Of a stretch of 54,610 nt of DNA, positions 43,099 to 51,261 are shown one piece after another. The notes under the pieces are model-generated. The model was not told where the DNA came from, ran no database searches, and worked only from the letters and a program-made list of their open reading frames with translations. Numbering within the stretch: position 1 is the stretch's first letter; the number at the start of each line of letters is the position of its first letter. Source of the stretch: Phycisphaerae bacterium. Its GTDB lineage: Bacteria > Planctomycetota > Phycisphaerae > FEN-1346. A program made the position numbers and the translations under genes. The stretch covers positions 1 through 54,610 of the forward strand of contig DATKZB010000305.1 of the NCBI GenBank assembly GCA_035528235.1. The letters run 5' to 3'.

Positions 43099-44339
43099 CT
43101 GCCGCTCCTCCCTGCTGGATCCGCCGCGACCGGGAAGACCCGCATGGCCCGCGGCGGGGCGGTCGGGCAGGCCGCCTCGCACGCGCCGCAACCGTTGCAC
43201 TTCGTCACATCCACATGCGGACAATCATACGGTGCCGAGGCGACCGTGGACTCGACCCGCGCGATGGCCTCGAACGGGCACGCCACCAGGCACGAGGTGC
43301 ATTCCTGCCCGCCCGCCAGCAGGCAGGCCGACAGGTTCACCCGCGCCCGGCCGATGACGCGCCGCCGCTTCGCCTCCAGCGACAGCCGCGCGATGGCCCC
43401 GCTGGGACACACCTGGCCGCAGGCGCGGCAGTCCTCGCGGCAATAGCCGCTCTCGAACACGACGACCGGCGTCAGCAGGCCGGCCACGCCGGAGCCGCCC
43501 AGGTCGGGCCGCAGGATGCCCGTCGGACACGCTCGCACACAGTTGCCGCACCGCACGCACAGACCGTTGAACCGGTCCTCGTCGGCCGCACCGGGCGGTC
43601 GCAGCGGCGGCCCCGCGCCGCCGGCCAGGCGGACCGCCAGCGTCCCCGCGGCGCCCACGCCCAGGCCCAGCACGGCCCGCCGGGCCAGGGCCGGCACCGG
43701 GCCGCGCGAAGACGCCACGGCGGCCGCGCGGCGACGGCGAAACCTGTCGCGCATCAGCCGCCACGGGACCGCCAGGAGGTCCTGCATCCCCCCGAGGGGA
43801 CACAGGCGCCCGCACCAGGCGTGCGGCACGATCAGGCTGACCACCAGGACCGCCGGCAGCCCCATCGCCGCCAGGACCGACGCCACTGTCAGCGGCCACC
43901 GCCACACCCCCAGGAAACCGCTCAGGATCGCCAGCGGGTCGGTCCACAGCAGGACGGGGTACCCCAGGCACGCCCCGCCCAGCGTCGCCAGGACGATCCA
44001 CTGGCCGACGGCCGGCCACCGGGCCAGCCGCGGCGTCGATGCGCGGCGCGCGCGGCCAAGGGTCTCCGACACGAGCCCCACCGGGCACGCCCATCGGCAG
44101 AACCACCGGGCACGGAGGCACGCGACGACCAGCAGCGGCACGGCGATGAGCGCGACGGCGCCGACCGTCCGCGTAGCCACCGCCGACGCCACGCCCACGA
44201 ACGGGCTCGCCGCCGGCAACACGAGCAGGCCCGGCGTCCACGACACGAGGGGAACCGACAGCAGCACGACCGCCGCCAGGACCGCGACCCGGGCCGCCAG
44301 CCGCAGACGCGCCGCGCCGCACTCAACCCGCTGCGCCAT
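43095..44339 (-). CDS. Membrane-bound polyferredoxin (NapH/MauN-like, 4Fe-4S binding)
   Basis: TM helices carry CRWACPVG and WCGRLCPLG motifs. The C-terminal ferredoxin cluster motifs are CVRCGNCVRACP, CRACGQVCP, CTSCLVACP and CNGCGACEAACP. Confidence 0.8.
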   Translation of the reverse strand: MAQRVECGAARLRLAARVAVLAAVVLLSVPLVSWTPGLLVLPAASPFVGVASAVATRTVGAVALIAVPLLVVACLRARWFCRWACPVGLVSETLGRARRASTPRLARWPAVGQWIVLATLGGACLGYPVLLWTDPLAILSGFLGVWRWPLTVASVLAAMGLPAVLVVSLIVPHAWCGRLCPLGGMQDLLAVPWRLMRDRFRRRRAAAVASSRGPVPALARRAVLGLGVGAAGTLAVRLAGGAGPPLRPPGAADEDRFNGLCVRCGNCVRACPTGILRPDLGGSGVAGLLTPVVVFESGYCREDCRACGQVCPSGAIARLSLEAKRRRVIGRARVNLSACLLAGGQECTSCLVACPFEAIARVESTVASAPYDCPHVDVTKCNGCGACEAACPTAPPRAMRVFPVAADPAGRSGR

Positions 44340-44385
44340 GCCACGCTCCGTGCCGGTGCTCCGTCAACTGCCAACAAATGAATAG

Positions 44386-44472
44386 CCGGGTGGCATGGTC
44401 ACGCTGTTGCGTGACCATGGGCCCCCGGGGAAAGATCCATGGTCACCCTTCGGGATGACCATGCCACCCGCC
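44386..44472. repeat. REPIN-like family D doublet (heads outward)
   Basis: ccgggtgg-catggtcacgctgttgcgtgaccatg ... catggtcacccttcgggatgaccatg-ccacccgcc. Confidence 0.8.
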
Positions 44473-44503
44473 TCAAGAGGGACTGACCCAATGGTAGTCC
44501 AGC

Positions 44504-45118
44504 CTACTCCCGCTTACGTGACTTTTTGCCAAAGGCGGGTAGGGATGCGTTCATCTTCTCGACCTGGGCCCGTGTAGCGTCGAAGAAATCCCAGAATGTT
44601 TCCGCGGTCCCCGACGCGAACGCATCGCCTTTCTCGGCGATCACCAGGACGAACTCGTTCACGGAGGCGAAATCCCGGATGTACTTCCAGCCCATCCATC
44701 CCTTGGTTTTTCTGTAACCCTCTTCCAGAAGCGATTGCCGCAGATCGGCCACTGCCTTCTCGGCCACCTGCGGAACCGCGGGCGGCAGGCGAATCCCCTG
44801 ATAGAGATGATAGCGGCTACGCCCCTCCTCCTCTCCGAACTCGTACCGAAACACGTTCGTTGAGTCCTTCGCCATCTTGGGACAAAGCACAGTCCCCAAG
44901 AGGGTGCCGTCTTCCTTCTTGTGCAACTCCTGCTGCCACCTGTCATGAAGGGCGCGATCTTCAAGCCTCCGCTGCAGGTTGGCTCGTACGCCCTCCCAGA
45001 ATGAATTCCCCAGTCGTTGCATGACTGCGTCAATGTGGTCCGATATTTCCAGCGCCATCGCCAAATTCTCCTTCCGGGCCAGAAAATCACATATCGCATT
45101 TTCGTATTCAGTTGTCAT
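44504..45118 (-). CDS. Hypothetical 204-aa protein, partner of the PD-(D/E)XK-like gene
   Basis: ATG 45118 (MTTEYENAICDF) overlaps the upstream gene by 11 nt. The composition is coding-like with a charged C-terminal tail (GKKSRKRE). I recognise no motif, and G+C is lower than in neighbouring genes. Confidence 0.65.
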   Translation of the reverse strand: MTTEYENAICDFLARKENLAMALEISDHIDAVMQRLGNSFWEGVRANLQRRLEDRALHDRWQQELHKKEDGTLLGTVLCPKMAKDSTNVFRYEFGEEEGRSRYHLYQGIRLPPAVPQVAEKAVADLRQSLLEEGYRKTKGWMGWKYIRDFASVNEFVLVIAEKGDAFASGTAETFWDFFDATRAQVEKMNASLPAFGKKSRKRE

Positions 45119-46025
45119 CAGTGCTCTCCTCGTGGACCATGGCCTGAATCGTCTCAATGTACTGTGACACCACCGCGCGCACACGGTCTGCCTTAACGTC
45201 CGGCAAAGCCGCTTGGAGCATCCGCAGAATGCCCGTACGATAGGAGACCCGAACGTACGGAACATCGGAGGCGCTCCTGGCCGGCCGTCCCTCCGGAGTC
45301 AGAAACACCAGGTGCTGGCGCGGATACGCTGCGTCATAGCCACGCAGCCACCGGGCGTAGCGGCGTATCTGGTCTGCCTGCTCGGAAGCGTAGACTTTAT
45401 TCTCGACTGCGATGCGGTATCCAATCGAAGGCGCCGAGATCACAAGGTCAATTATGCCGAACGGCGTGAACCGCTGCGTATCTACGATCCACACTTCCTT
45501 CTCGTGGCCTTCCGGTGGTTCCTCGAACGTAGGGTCCTCAGAGCAGCATCGCAGGAACTCCCGCAAGAATAGGAAGCCTTGTGCATGTGCGCCTCGGGGG
45601 TCAAGGAGGTCGGCCAGGATCGGCGTGTGGGTCTTGTCCTCGTCGCCCTCGACGCCGAGCAAATAAAAGATGTTGAACGCCGGCGCGGCTGTCCGTTCCT
45701 GAACTCCAGCCTCGGCCTGAACCGAGGACAATTGATCGCACAACCGCCCGAACTCGCTACGGAATATTGCTGACCGTGGGCCCGCCCATGCCGCCTCCAG
45801 CAAGCGAAAGCGTTCGAACAAGGCCTGCATACTTTCCTCTCGCAGGGCCGATGATGGTTCCGCGTCTTGGCGAACGCGTAGGGCTCGGCACCCATCGAAC
45901 AGGCGCTGCACATCTTCCAGGGCCTGGCGGGGGTAAGCGGTGCAGAAGGCCCGGTAGCGGCCAAGGAAATCGCGCAGCGCCCCAAGCCCGCGCGGGTGCT
46001 CGCGCAATGGTCTCTCGGTTAGCAT
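45108..46025 (-). CDS. PD-(D/E)XK nuclease superfamily protein (PF14281/PDDEXK_4-like)
   Basis: Start chosen at ATG 46025, because the longer ORF runs through a REP hairpin. The motif chain is FNIFYLLGVEGDEDKTHTPILADLLDP, GIIDLVISAP, AVENKVYASEQADQIRRYARWL and LVFLTPEG. This matches the D...E.K core and flanks of that family as I recall it. Confidence 0.7.
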   Translation of the reverse strand: MLTERPLREHPRGLGALRDFLGRYRAFCTAYPRQALEDVQRLFDGCRALRVRQDAEPSSALREESMQALFERFRLLEAAWAGPRSAIFRSEFGRLCDQLSSVQAEAGVQERTAAPAFNIFYLLGVEGDEDKTHTPILADLLDPRGAHAQGFLFLREFLRCCSEDPTFEEPPEGHEKEVWIVDTQRFTPFGIIDLVISAPSIGYRIAVENKVYASEQADQIRRYARWLRGYDAAYPRQHLVFLTPEGRPARSASDVPYVRVSYRTGILRMLQAALPDVKADRVRAVVSQYIETIQAMVHEESTDDN

Positions 46026-46140
46026 GCCCAAACCCAAGTACTTCGGAAGGATACGGATACGGTAATGCTTGGGGTGAGCCGTTGTCAAGACCCCAAGAGA
46101 CCGGGCCGGCGGGCGCCGAGCGAACCCCTGTCCCATGAGA

Positions 46141-46173
46141 AGAGCACGGCCGGACAAGCCGGCCGTGGCACAC
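46141..46173. repeat. REP-like family E hairpin
   Basis: agagcacggccggacaagccggccgtggcacac; a second copy lies at 49091..49126 (agagcacggccgggcaagaccggccgtggcacacgc). Confidence 0.8.
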
Positions 46174-46271
46174 TTGGGGCGGCAGCGCGGGCAATTCGCG
46201 GTTGAACGCGGGCCCCGGGCACGGCTAGAATACGGGCTGGTGTCACGCCATCAACCAGGAGAATGGGGACG

Positions 46272-47555
46272 ATGAAGATTCTCGTTGTCGGCGGCGGCGG
46301 GCGCGAGCACGCCCTGGCCTGGAAACTGGCCCAATCGCAGCACTGCACCCGGCTGTACGCGGCGCCGGGGAACCCCGGCATCGCCACGGTGGCCGAGTGC
46401 GTGCCGATCGCGGCCGACGACGTCAAGGGTCTCGCGACGTTCGCCCGCCAGGAGGGGATCGGCCTGACGGTGGTGGGCCCCGAGAAACCGCTCATCGACG
46501 GCATCGTCGACGTGTTCCAGGCGGCGGGGCTGCGGGTCTTCGGCCCCAACCGGCTCGCCGCCCGGACCGAAGGCTCCAAGGCGTGGTGCAAGGGCGTGAT
46601 GACGCACTCGGCCGTGCCGACGGCCGAGTACCAGGCCTTCGGGAGCCTGCCTGACGCCGTGCGGTACATCGACAACCACGAGGAACCGCTCGTCGTCAAG
46701 GCGTCGGGCATCGCCGCCGGCAAGGGCGTCTTCGTGTGCAAAAATGCGGACGAGGCCCGGGCGGCCGTCCGGATCATCATGCAGGAGAGGGCCTTCGGCG
46801 AGGCCGGCGACACCGTCATCATCGAGGAGCGGATGTCGGGCGAAGAGGCCTCCATCCTGGCGCTCGTCGATGAATCAACCATCTACATGCTCGATTCCTC
46901 CCAGGACCACAAGGCCGCCCTCGACGGCGACCAGGGCCCCAACACGGGCGGCATGGGGGCCTACAGCCCGGCGCCGGTCGTCACCGACGGCGTCCAGAAA
47001 CAGGTCGACCGCGAGATCCTCGTCCCGATGGTCCACGGCATGAAGACGGCCGGCGCCCCGTACAACGGCCTGCTGTACGCCGGCATCATGGTGACGGCCG
47101 GCGGGCCGAAGGTGCTGGAGTTCAACTGCCGCTTCGGCGACCCGGAGGCCCAGCCGCTGCTGGCGCGACTGCGGAGCGACCTGGTGGAGGCGCTCGAGGC
47201 CACCATCGACAACCGCCTCGACGAGATCGTGCTGGACTGGGACCCGCGGCCGGCCGTCTGCGTCGTCATGGCCTCCGGCGGGTACCCCGGCCCGTACGAG
47301 AAGGGCAAGGAGATTACGGGCCTCCAGAAGGCCGGCGCGATGGACGACGTCACCGTCTTCCACGCCGGCACCCGGGCCGAGGACGGGAAGATTCTGACCG
47401 ACGGCGGCCGCGTGCTGGGCGTGACGGCCCTGGGCGACGACATCGGCGCGGCCCGCGACCGGGCCTACGAGGCCGTCCGGGCGATCCGGTTCCACCGGGC
47501 CCACTGGCGGACCGACATCGGGACCAAGGCCATCCGGCGCCTGGGCCGCTCGTAA
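46272..47555 (+). CDS. purD: Phosphoribosylamine--glycine ligase
   Basis: MKILVVGGGGREHALAWKL lies 9-10 nt after AGGAGA. It is followed by an ATP-grasp core and the C-terminal GGRVLGVTA motif. Confidence 0.95.
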   Translation: MKILVVGGGGREHALAWKLAQSQHCTRLYAAPGNPGIATVAECVPIAADDVKGLATFARQEGIGLTVVGPEKPLIDGIVDVFQAAGLRVFGPNRLAARTEGSKAWCKGVMTHSAVPTAEYQAFGSLPDAVRYIDNHEEPLVVKASGIAAGKGVFVCKNADEARAAVRIIMQERAFGEAGDTVIIEERMSGEEASILALVDESTIYMLDSSQDHKAALDGDQGPNTGGMGAYSPAPVVTDGVQKQVDREILVPMVHGMKTAGAPYNGLLYAGIMVTAGGPKVLEFNCRFGDPEAQPLLARLRSDLVEALEATIDNRLDEIVLDWDPRPAVCVVMASGGYPGPYEKGKEITGLQKAGAMDDVTVFHAGTRAEDGKILTDGGRVLGVTALGDDIGAARDRAYEAVRAIRFHRAHWRTDIGTKAIRRLGRS

Positions 47556-47639
47556 GGGGGTCGGCACCACCCCCACCCGAAGCGGGGGCCGACAGCCGAG
47601 CCCCGGCCGACCCGCTGGGGGCACCAAGACGGGGACCAC

Positions 47640-48992
47640 ATGAATGCTCTGGGCTCGATGGCGGCGGCCCTTCCGCTCAGGGCGTTGCGCGGGGCCGCGC
47701 GCCTGGCACCCGAATGGTTCGAGAAGGCGCTGTTCGCCTTCGCCGAGATGGCCAGCCGCTCGATTCCCTACCCGCAGGGCCGGGTGTTCGTCGGCCAGAT
47801 GCTGCGTTTCACGCGGCGCCTGTTGCCGACCGGTTGCCCGCCGTGTCGCCGGAAGGTGCTGGACAACCTCGTCCTGGGTTCGATCGCCGGCAAGCGCCGG
47901 CGGACGGCGTACCAGCGGCAGACCGGTTTCCAGCCGCCCTACTTCCTGGTCATCAGCCCCACGATGCGCTGCAACCTGCGGTGCACCGGATGCTGCGCCG
48001 GCCGGTACGCCAAGGGCGACGAGATGCCCATCGACCTGCTGGACCGCATTCTGACCGAGGCCGAGGCGATGGGCATCCGCTTCATCACGATCAGCGGTGG
48101 CGAGCCGTTCGCGCGGCCGGACCTGCTCGACCTCGCGGCCGCACACGGACGGATGTACTTCCAGGTATACACCAACGGCACGCTCATCGACGACGCCGTG
48201 GCCGACCGCCTGGCTCGTCTAGGCAACGTGTTCCCCGCGATCAGCGTCGAGGGGTTCGAGGCGGAGACGGATCGCCGCCGCGGGCCCGGGGTGTTCCGGG
48301 AGGTCCTGGCGGCGATGGCGCGGCTGCGCGAGCGGGGCGTCTTTTTCGGGTTCAGCGCCACGGCCACCCGCCGGAACAACGACCGGGTGGTCTCGGACGA
48401 GTTCGTCGACTTCTACCGGGCCCAGGGCTGCGCCGTCGGGTGGTATTTCAATTACATCCCCGTCGGGAAGGAACCGGACCTGGACCTGATGCCGACACCC
48501 CAGCAGCGTCTGCACCGCCGCCGGCGCCTCCGCGACCTGCGCGGGCGGCTGCCGATGCTCCTCATGGATTTCTGGAACGACGGGGCCCTGGTGGGCGGAT
48601 GCATGGCCGCCGGCACGTATTACGTCCACATCAACGTCCACGGCGACGTCGAGCCGTGCGTCTTCGCCCAGTTCGCCGTCGACAACATCCGCCAGAAGTC
48701 GCTGCGCGAGGTTCTCGACAGCCCGTTCTTCCGGGCGGTCCGCGCGCGGCAACCGCACTCACCCAATCACCTGAGGCCGTGCATGATTACCGACCACCCC
48801 GAGGTCCTCCGCGAGGTCGTCCGGGCGCACGGCGCGCGGCCGACCTACGCGGGCGGCGAGGCCTTGCTCGACAAGGCGGCCGCCGGCCTCGACGCCTACG
48901 CCGCCCGCTGGGGCGCCCTGGCCGACGCCGAATGGGCGGCCGAGGGGTCGGCCGAACTCGAAGACGCCGAGCAGCGCCCGAAGGCCCGGTAG
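47640..48992 (+). CDS. Radical SAM protein with Cys-containing C-terminal (SPASM/twitch-like) extension
   Basis: CNLRCTGCC (CxxxCxxC), ISGGEPF and a C-terminal GCMAAGTYYVHINVHGDVEPCVF segment. The N-terminal ~95 aa are of unclear function. Confidence 0.8.
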   Translation: MNALGSMAAALPLRALRGAARLAPEWFEKALFAFAEMASRSIPYPQGRVFVGQMLRFTRRLLPTGCPPCRRKVLDNLVLGSIAGKRRRTAYQRQTGFQPPYFLVISPTMRCNLRCTGCCAGRYAKGDEMPIDLLDRILTEAEAMGIRFITISGGEPFARPDLLDLAAAHGRMYFQVYTNGTLIDDAVADRLARLGNVFPAISVEGFEAETDRRRGPGVFREVLAAMARLRERGVFFGFSATATRRNNDRVVSDEFVDFYRAQGCAVGWYFNYIPVGKEPDLDLMPTPQQRLHRRRRLRDLRGRLPMLLMDFWNDGALVGGCMAAGTYYVHINVHGDVEPCVFAQFAVDNIRQKSLREVLDSPFFRAVRARQPHSPNHLRPCMITDHPEVLREVVRAHGARPTYAGGEALLDKAAAGLDAYAARWGALADAEWAAEGSAELEDAEQRPKAR

Positions 48993-49011
48993 GCCCCGAG
49001 CGCTACCTGTC

Positions 49012-49039
49012 GCGCGGCGGGTGCGGGGACCCGCCGCGC
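49012..49039. repeat. REP-like family B single hairpin
   Basis: gcgcggcgggtgcggggacccgccgcgc, 20 nt after the radical SAM stop codon. Confidence 0.8.
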
Positions 49040-49090
49040 ACGGACCCGACCTCAGCGCCGCGCACGAACTCGACCTCTCCGCCGACGCCA

Positions 49091-49126
49091 AGAGCACGGC
49101 CGGGCAAGACCGGCCGTGGCACACGC
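49091..49126. repeat. REP-like family E hairpin, second copy
   Basis: See 46141..46173. Confidence 0.8.
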
Positions 49127-49220
49127 TCAGCACGTACTTCCATTCCGCTGCCTACGTTTTCCGTGGACCCTGCTGCGCCGGCTGATACAGTGTCCGCGGA
49201 CTTCTGAGGAGACACGTCGC

Positions 49221-50348
49221 GTGGACGCCGTCGAGCGGCTCCGGAGGATGTTCGAGGGCGGGCCGGTGGACCACCTGGTCCGCCGGCCGTTCGGTTACTT
49301 TCCGCAGACGTTCGAGCGGTGGCGGCGCGAGGGCATGCCCGACGACGTGGGCGAGTGGGGACCGCGGTTCGACGAGTACTTCGGTTTCGACCCCGAGGTC
49401 TGGATGGGCCCGTGCCTGGACCTGGGCTGGTGCGAGGCCCCGGTCTGGCCGCGATACGAGGAGAAACTCCTCCGGACCGAAGGCCGGCACGAGGTCGTCC
49501 AGGACCACGTCGGGCGGCACGTGGTCTTCCCCATCGGCCAGCGCCAGCAGGTCATGCCGACGTACGTCCGGCACGCCGTGGCGTCGCGCCAGGACTGGGA
49601 GCGCGACGTGGCCCCGCGCCTCGACCCCGAGACGCCCGAGCGATGGGGCGGCTACGCGGAGAAGGTCGCGGCGAATCGCGCGCGGCTGGCCCGGGGCGAG
49701 GCCCTCCACACGGCCAGTGTCATCGGCGGATATATGTATCTGCGGAGCCTCGTGGGACCGACGGAACTGCTGTACCTCTTCTACGACGATCCGGACCTGG
49801 TGCACGCCATGATGCGGGCCTGGCGGCAGATGATGGTCACGTGCCTGGCGCGCGTCCAGGCCGACGTGGGCCCGTACTTTCGCCTCTACCTGGCCGAGGA
49901 CATCTGCTACAACCACGGGCCGCTCATCTCGCCCGACATGATGCGCCGCTTTCTGCTGCCCTATTACCGCGACCTCTTCGAGGAACTCCGCCGCGGCCAG
50001 CGCGAGACGCTTCATTTCGAGATCGACACCGACGGCCAATGCATGGGCGTCATCGACGTGTACCGCGAGGTGGGCGTCACGGCGATGAGCCCGTTCGAGG
50101 TGGCCTCGGGCTGCGACGTCGTGGAGGCAGGGCGGCGGTGGCCCGAGTTGCACATCCGGGGCGGCATCGACAAACGCATCCTGGCCGCCGGACCCGAGGC
50201 CATCGACCGGATGCTCGAGCGCATCCTGCCCGCCATGGTCCAGCGCGGCCGGTACATCCCCTGCGCGGACCACGCCGTGCCCGACGACGTGTCGCTGGCC
50301 AGTTACCTGCATTACCGCCAGCGGGTCCGGGAACTGGCCCACGGATGA
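49221..50348 (+). CDS. Uroporphyrinogen decarboxylase (URO-D) family protein
   Basis: GTG 49221 lies 9 nt after GAGGAG. The overall pattern (PFGYFPQT...; LAEDICYNHGPLISPDMMRRFLLPYY; IPCADHAVPDDVS) resembles URO-D/MtaA-like TIM barrels (recalled). The listed upstream extension covers REP elements. Confidence 0.65.
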   Translation: MDAVERLRRMFEGGPVDHLVRRPFGYFPQTFERWRREGMPDDVGEWGPRFDEYFGFDPEVWMGPCLDLGWCEAPVWPRYEEKLLRTEGRHEVVQDHVGRHVVFPIGQRQQVMPTYVRHAVASRQDWERDVAPRLDPETPERWGGYAEKVAANRARLARGEALHTASVIGGYMYLRSLVGPTELLYLFYDDPDLVHAMMRAWRQMMVTCLARVQADVGPYFRLYLAEDICYNHGPLISPDMMRRFLLPYYRDLFEELRRGQRETLHFEIDTDGQCMGVIDVYREVGVTAMSPFEVASGCDVVEAGRRWPELHIRGGIDKRILAAGPEAIDRMLERILPAMVQRGRYIPCADHAVPDDVSLASYLHYRQRVRELAHG

Positions 50349-50350
50349 AG

Positions 50351-50386
50351 GAGAGGCGGGGGGCCCCTTGGCTCTCCCCGCCTCTG
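50351..50386. terminator. GC-rich hairpin between convergent genes (terminator-like, no U-tract)
   Basis: gagaggcgggg-N14-ccccgcctct begins 3 nt after the stop at 50348. Confidence 0.4.
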
Positions 50387-50466
50387 TGACGCGGCCGGGA
50401 AACCCCTCACCCGTACCGCGTTTGCTAACGGCATCGTGAAGCGGTGCGGCGCTTCACCCTGATCGT

Positions 50467-50796
50467 TCAATGACTATGCGGAACGATTCGGCCCGTCGCC
50501 GGGTCGAACACGTAGGGTTTTCCGTACGGGCACTTCGGCAGGGCGCCTCGCAGGTCCGGGTCGCGGGCGACCATCTGTTTGAACTCGGCCGTGTCGGCCG
50601 GGGTCCATCCACTGTGCCGGTCGGCATAGAACCGTATCTTGCGGTCGAGCAGTTCCACGTTAGCCCGGCACTGCGCGGCCCGGGTGTCGGCCGAGTACAC
50701 GATCGAAGGAATCACGACGGCCGCCAGCAGTCCAAGGATCAGCACGCAGAACAGCATCTCGGGCAGCGGGACGCCGCTTTCCTTCCGATGAGCCAT
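50467..50796 (-). CDS. Divergent prepilin-like N-terminal domain protein
   Basis: The N-terminus ...ESG/VPLPEMLFCVLILGLLAAVVIPS keeps Gly(-1), Glu(+5) and the hydrophobic helix but lacks the usual F-T-L-I-E core. An AGGGA SD is present. Confidence 0.6.
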   Translation of the reverse strand: MAHRKESGVPLPEMLFCVLILGLLAAVVIPSIVYSADTRAAQCRANVELLDRKIRFYADRHSGWTPADTAEFKQMVARDPDLRGALPKCPYGKPYVFDPATGRIVPHSH

Positions 50797-51261
50797 GATC
50801 TATCCCTGCGCATCCACGGGTGCGCACCCGTTGCTGGGCGACTTATCTGTGGAGCGGCGGCCGGTGCTGCCGGCGCCTTAGGGGAGGCGCCGCCGTACCG
50901 CGTGTGCGCAGAGACCGTCAGGACGTGCGGGGCGATTCGTCGTCCAGCCCCGCCGGCCCATCGAGGGCCTCGTCCGGAGGGAGTATCGACATGAAAGGCG
51001 GGTCGACTTTAGCACTACAACCGGGCGGCGTTAATCGCAAAAAACTCAAGGGCGCCGCGAGCGGCCGGCTGGGTCAAGCCCGACGGCACGCAGGCCCCGG
51101 GGCGGCCTGTGCGCGGCTCGGGATCGCCCCATGGAGCAGACCGGCCGAAGCGCAAGTCCTTTCAAGACAAGGTCTTACCTTACTCGAAACGCATGGTGGA
51201 AACCCCCGTAGGGGCGGCGGGTGATGGCTCGTCCAGCCGTGGCCGCGACCTGGCGCCCGGC

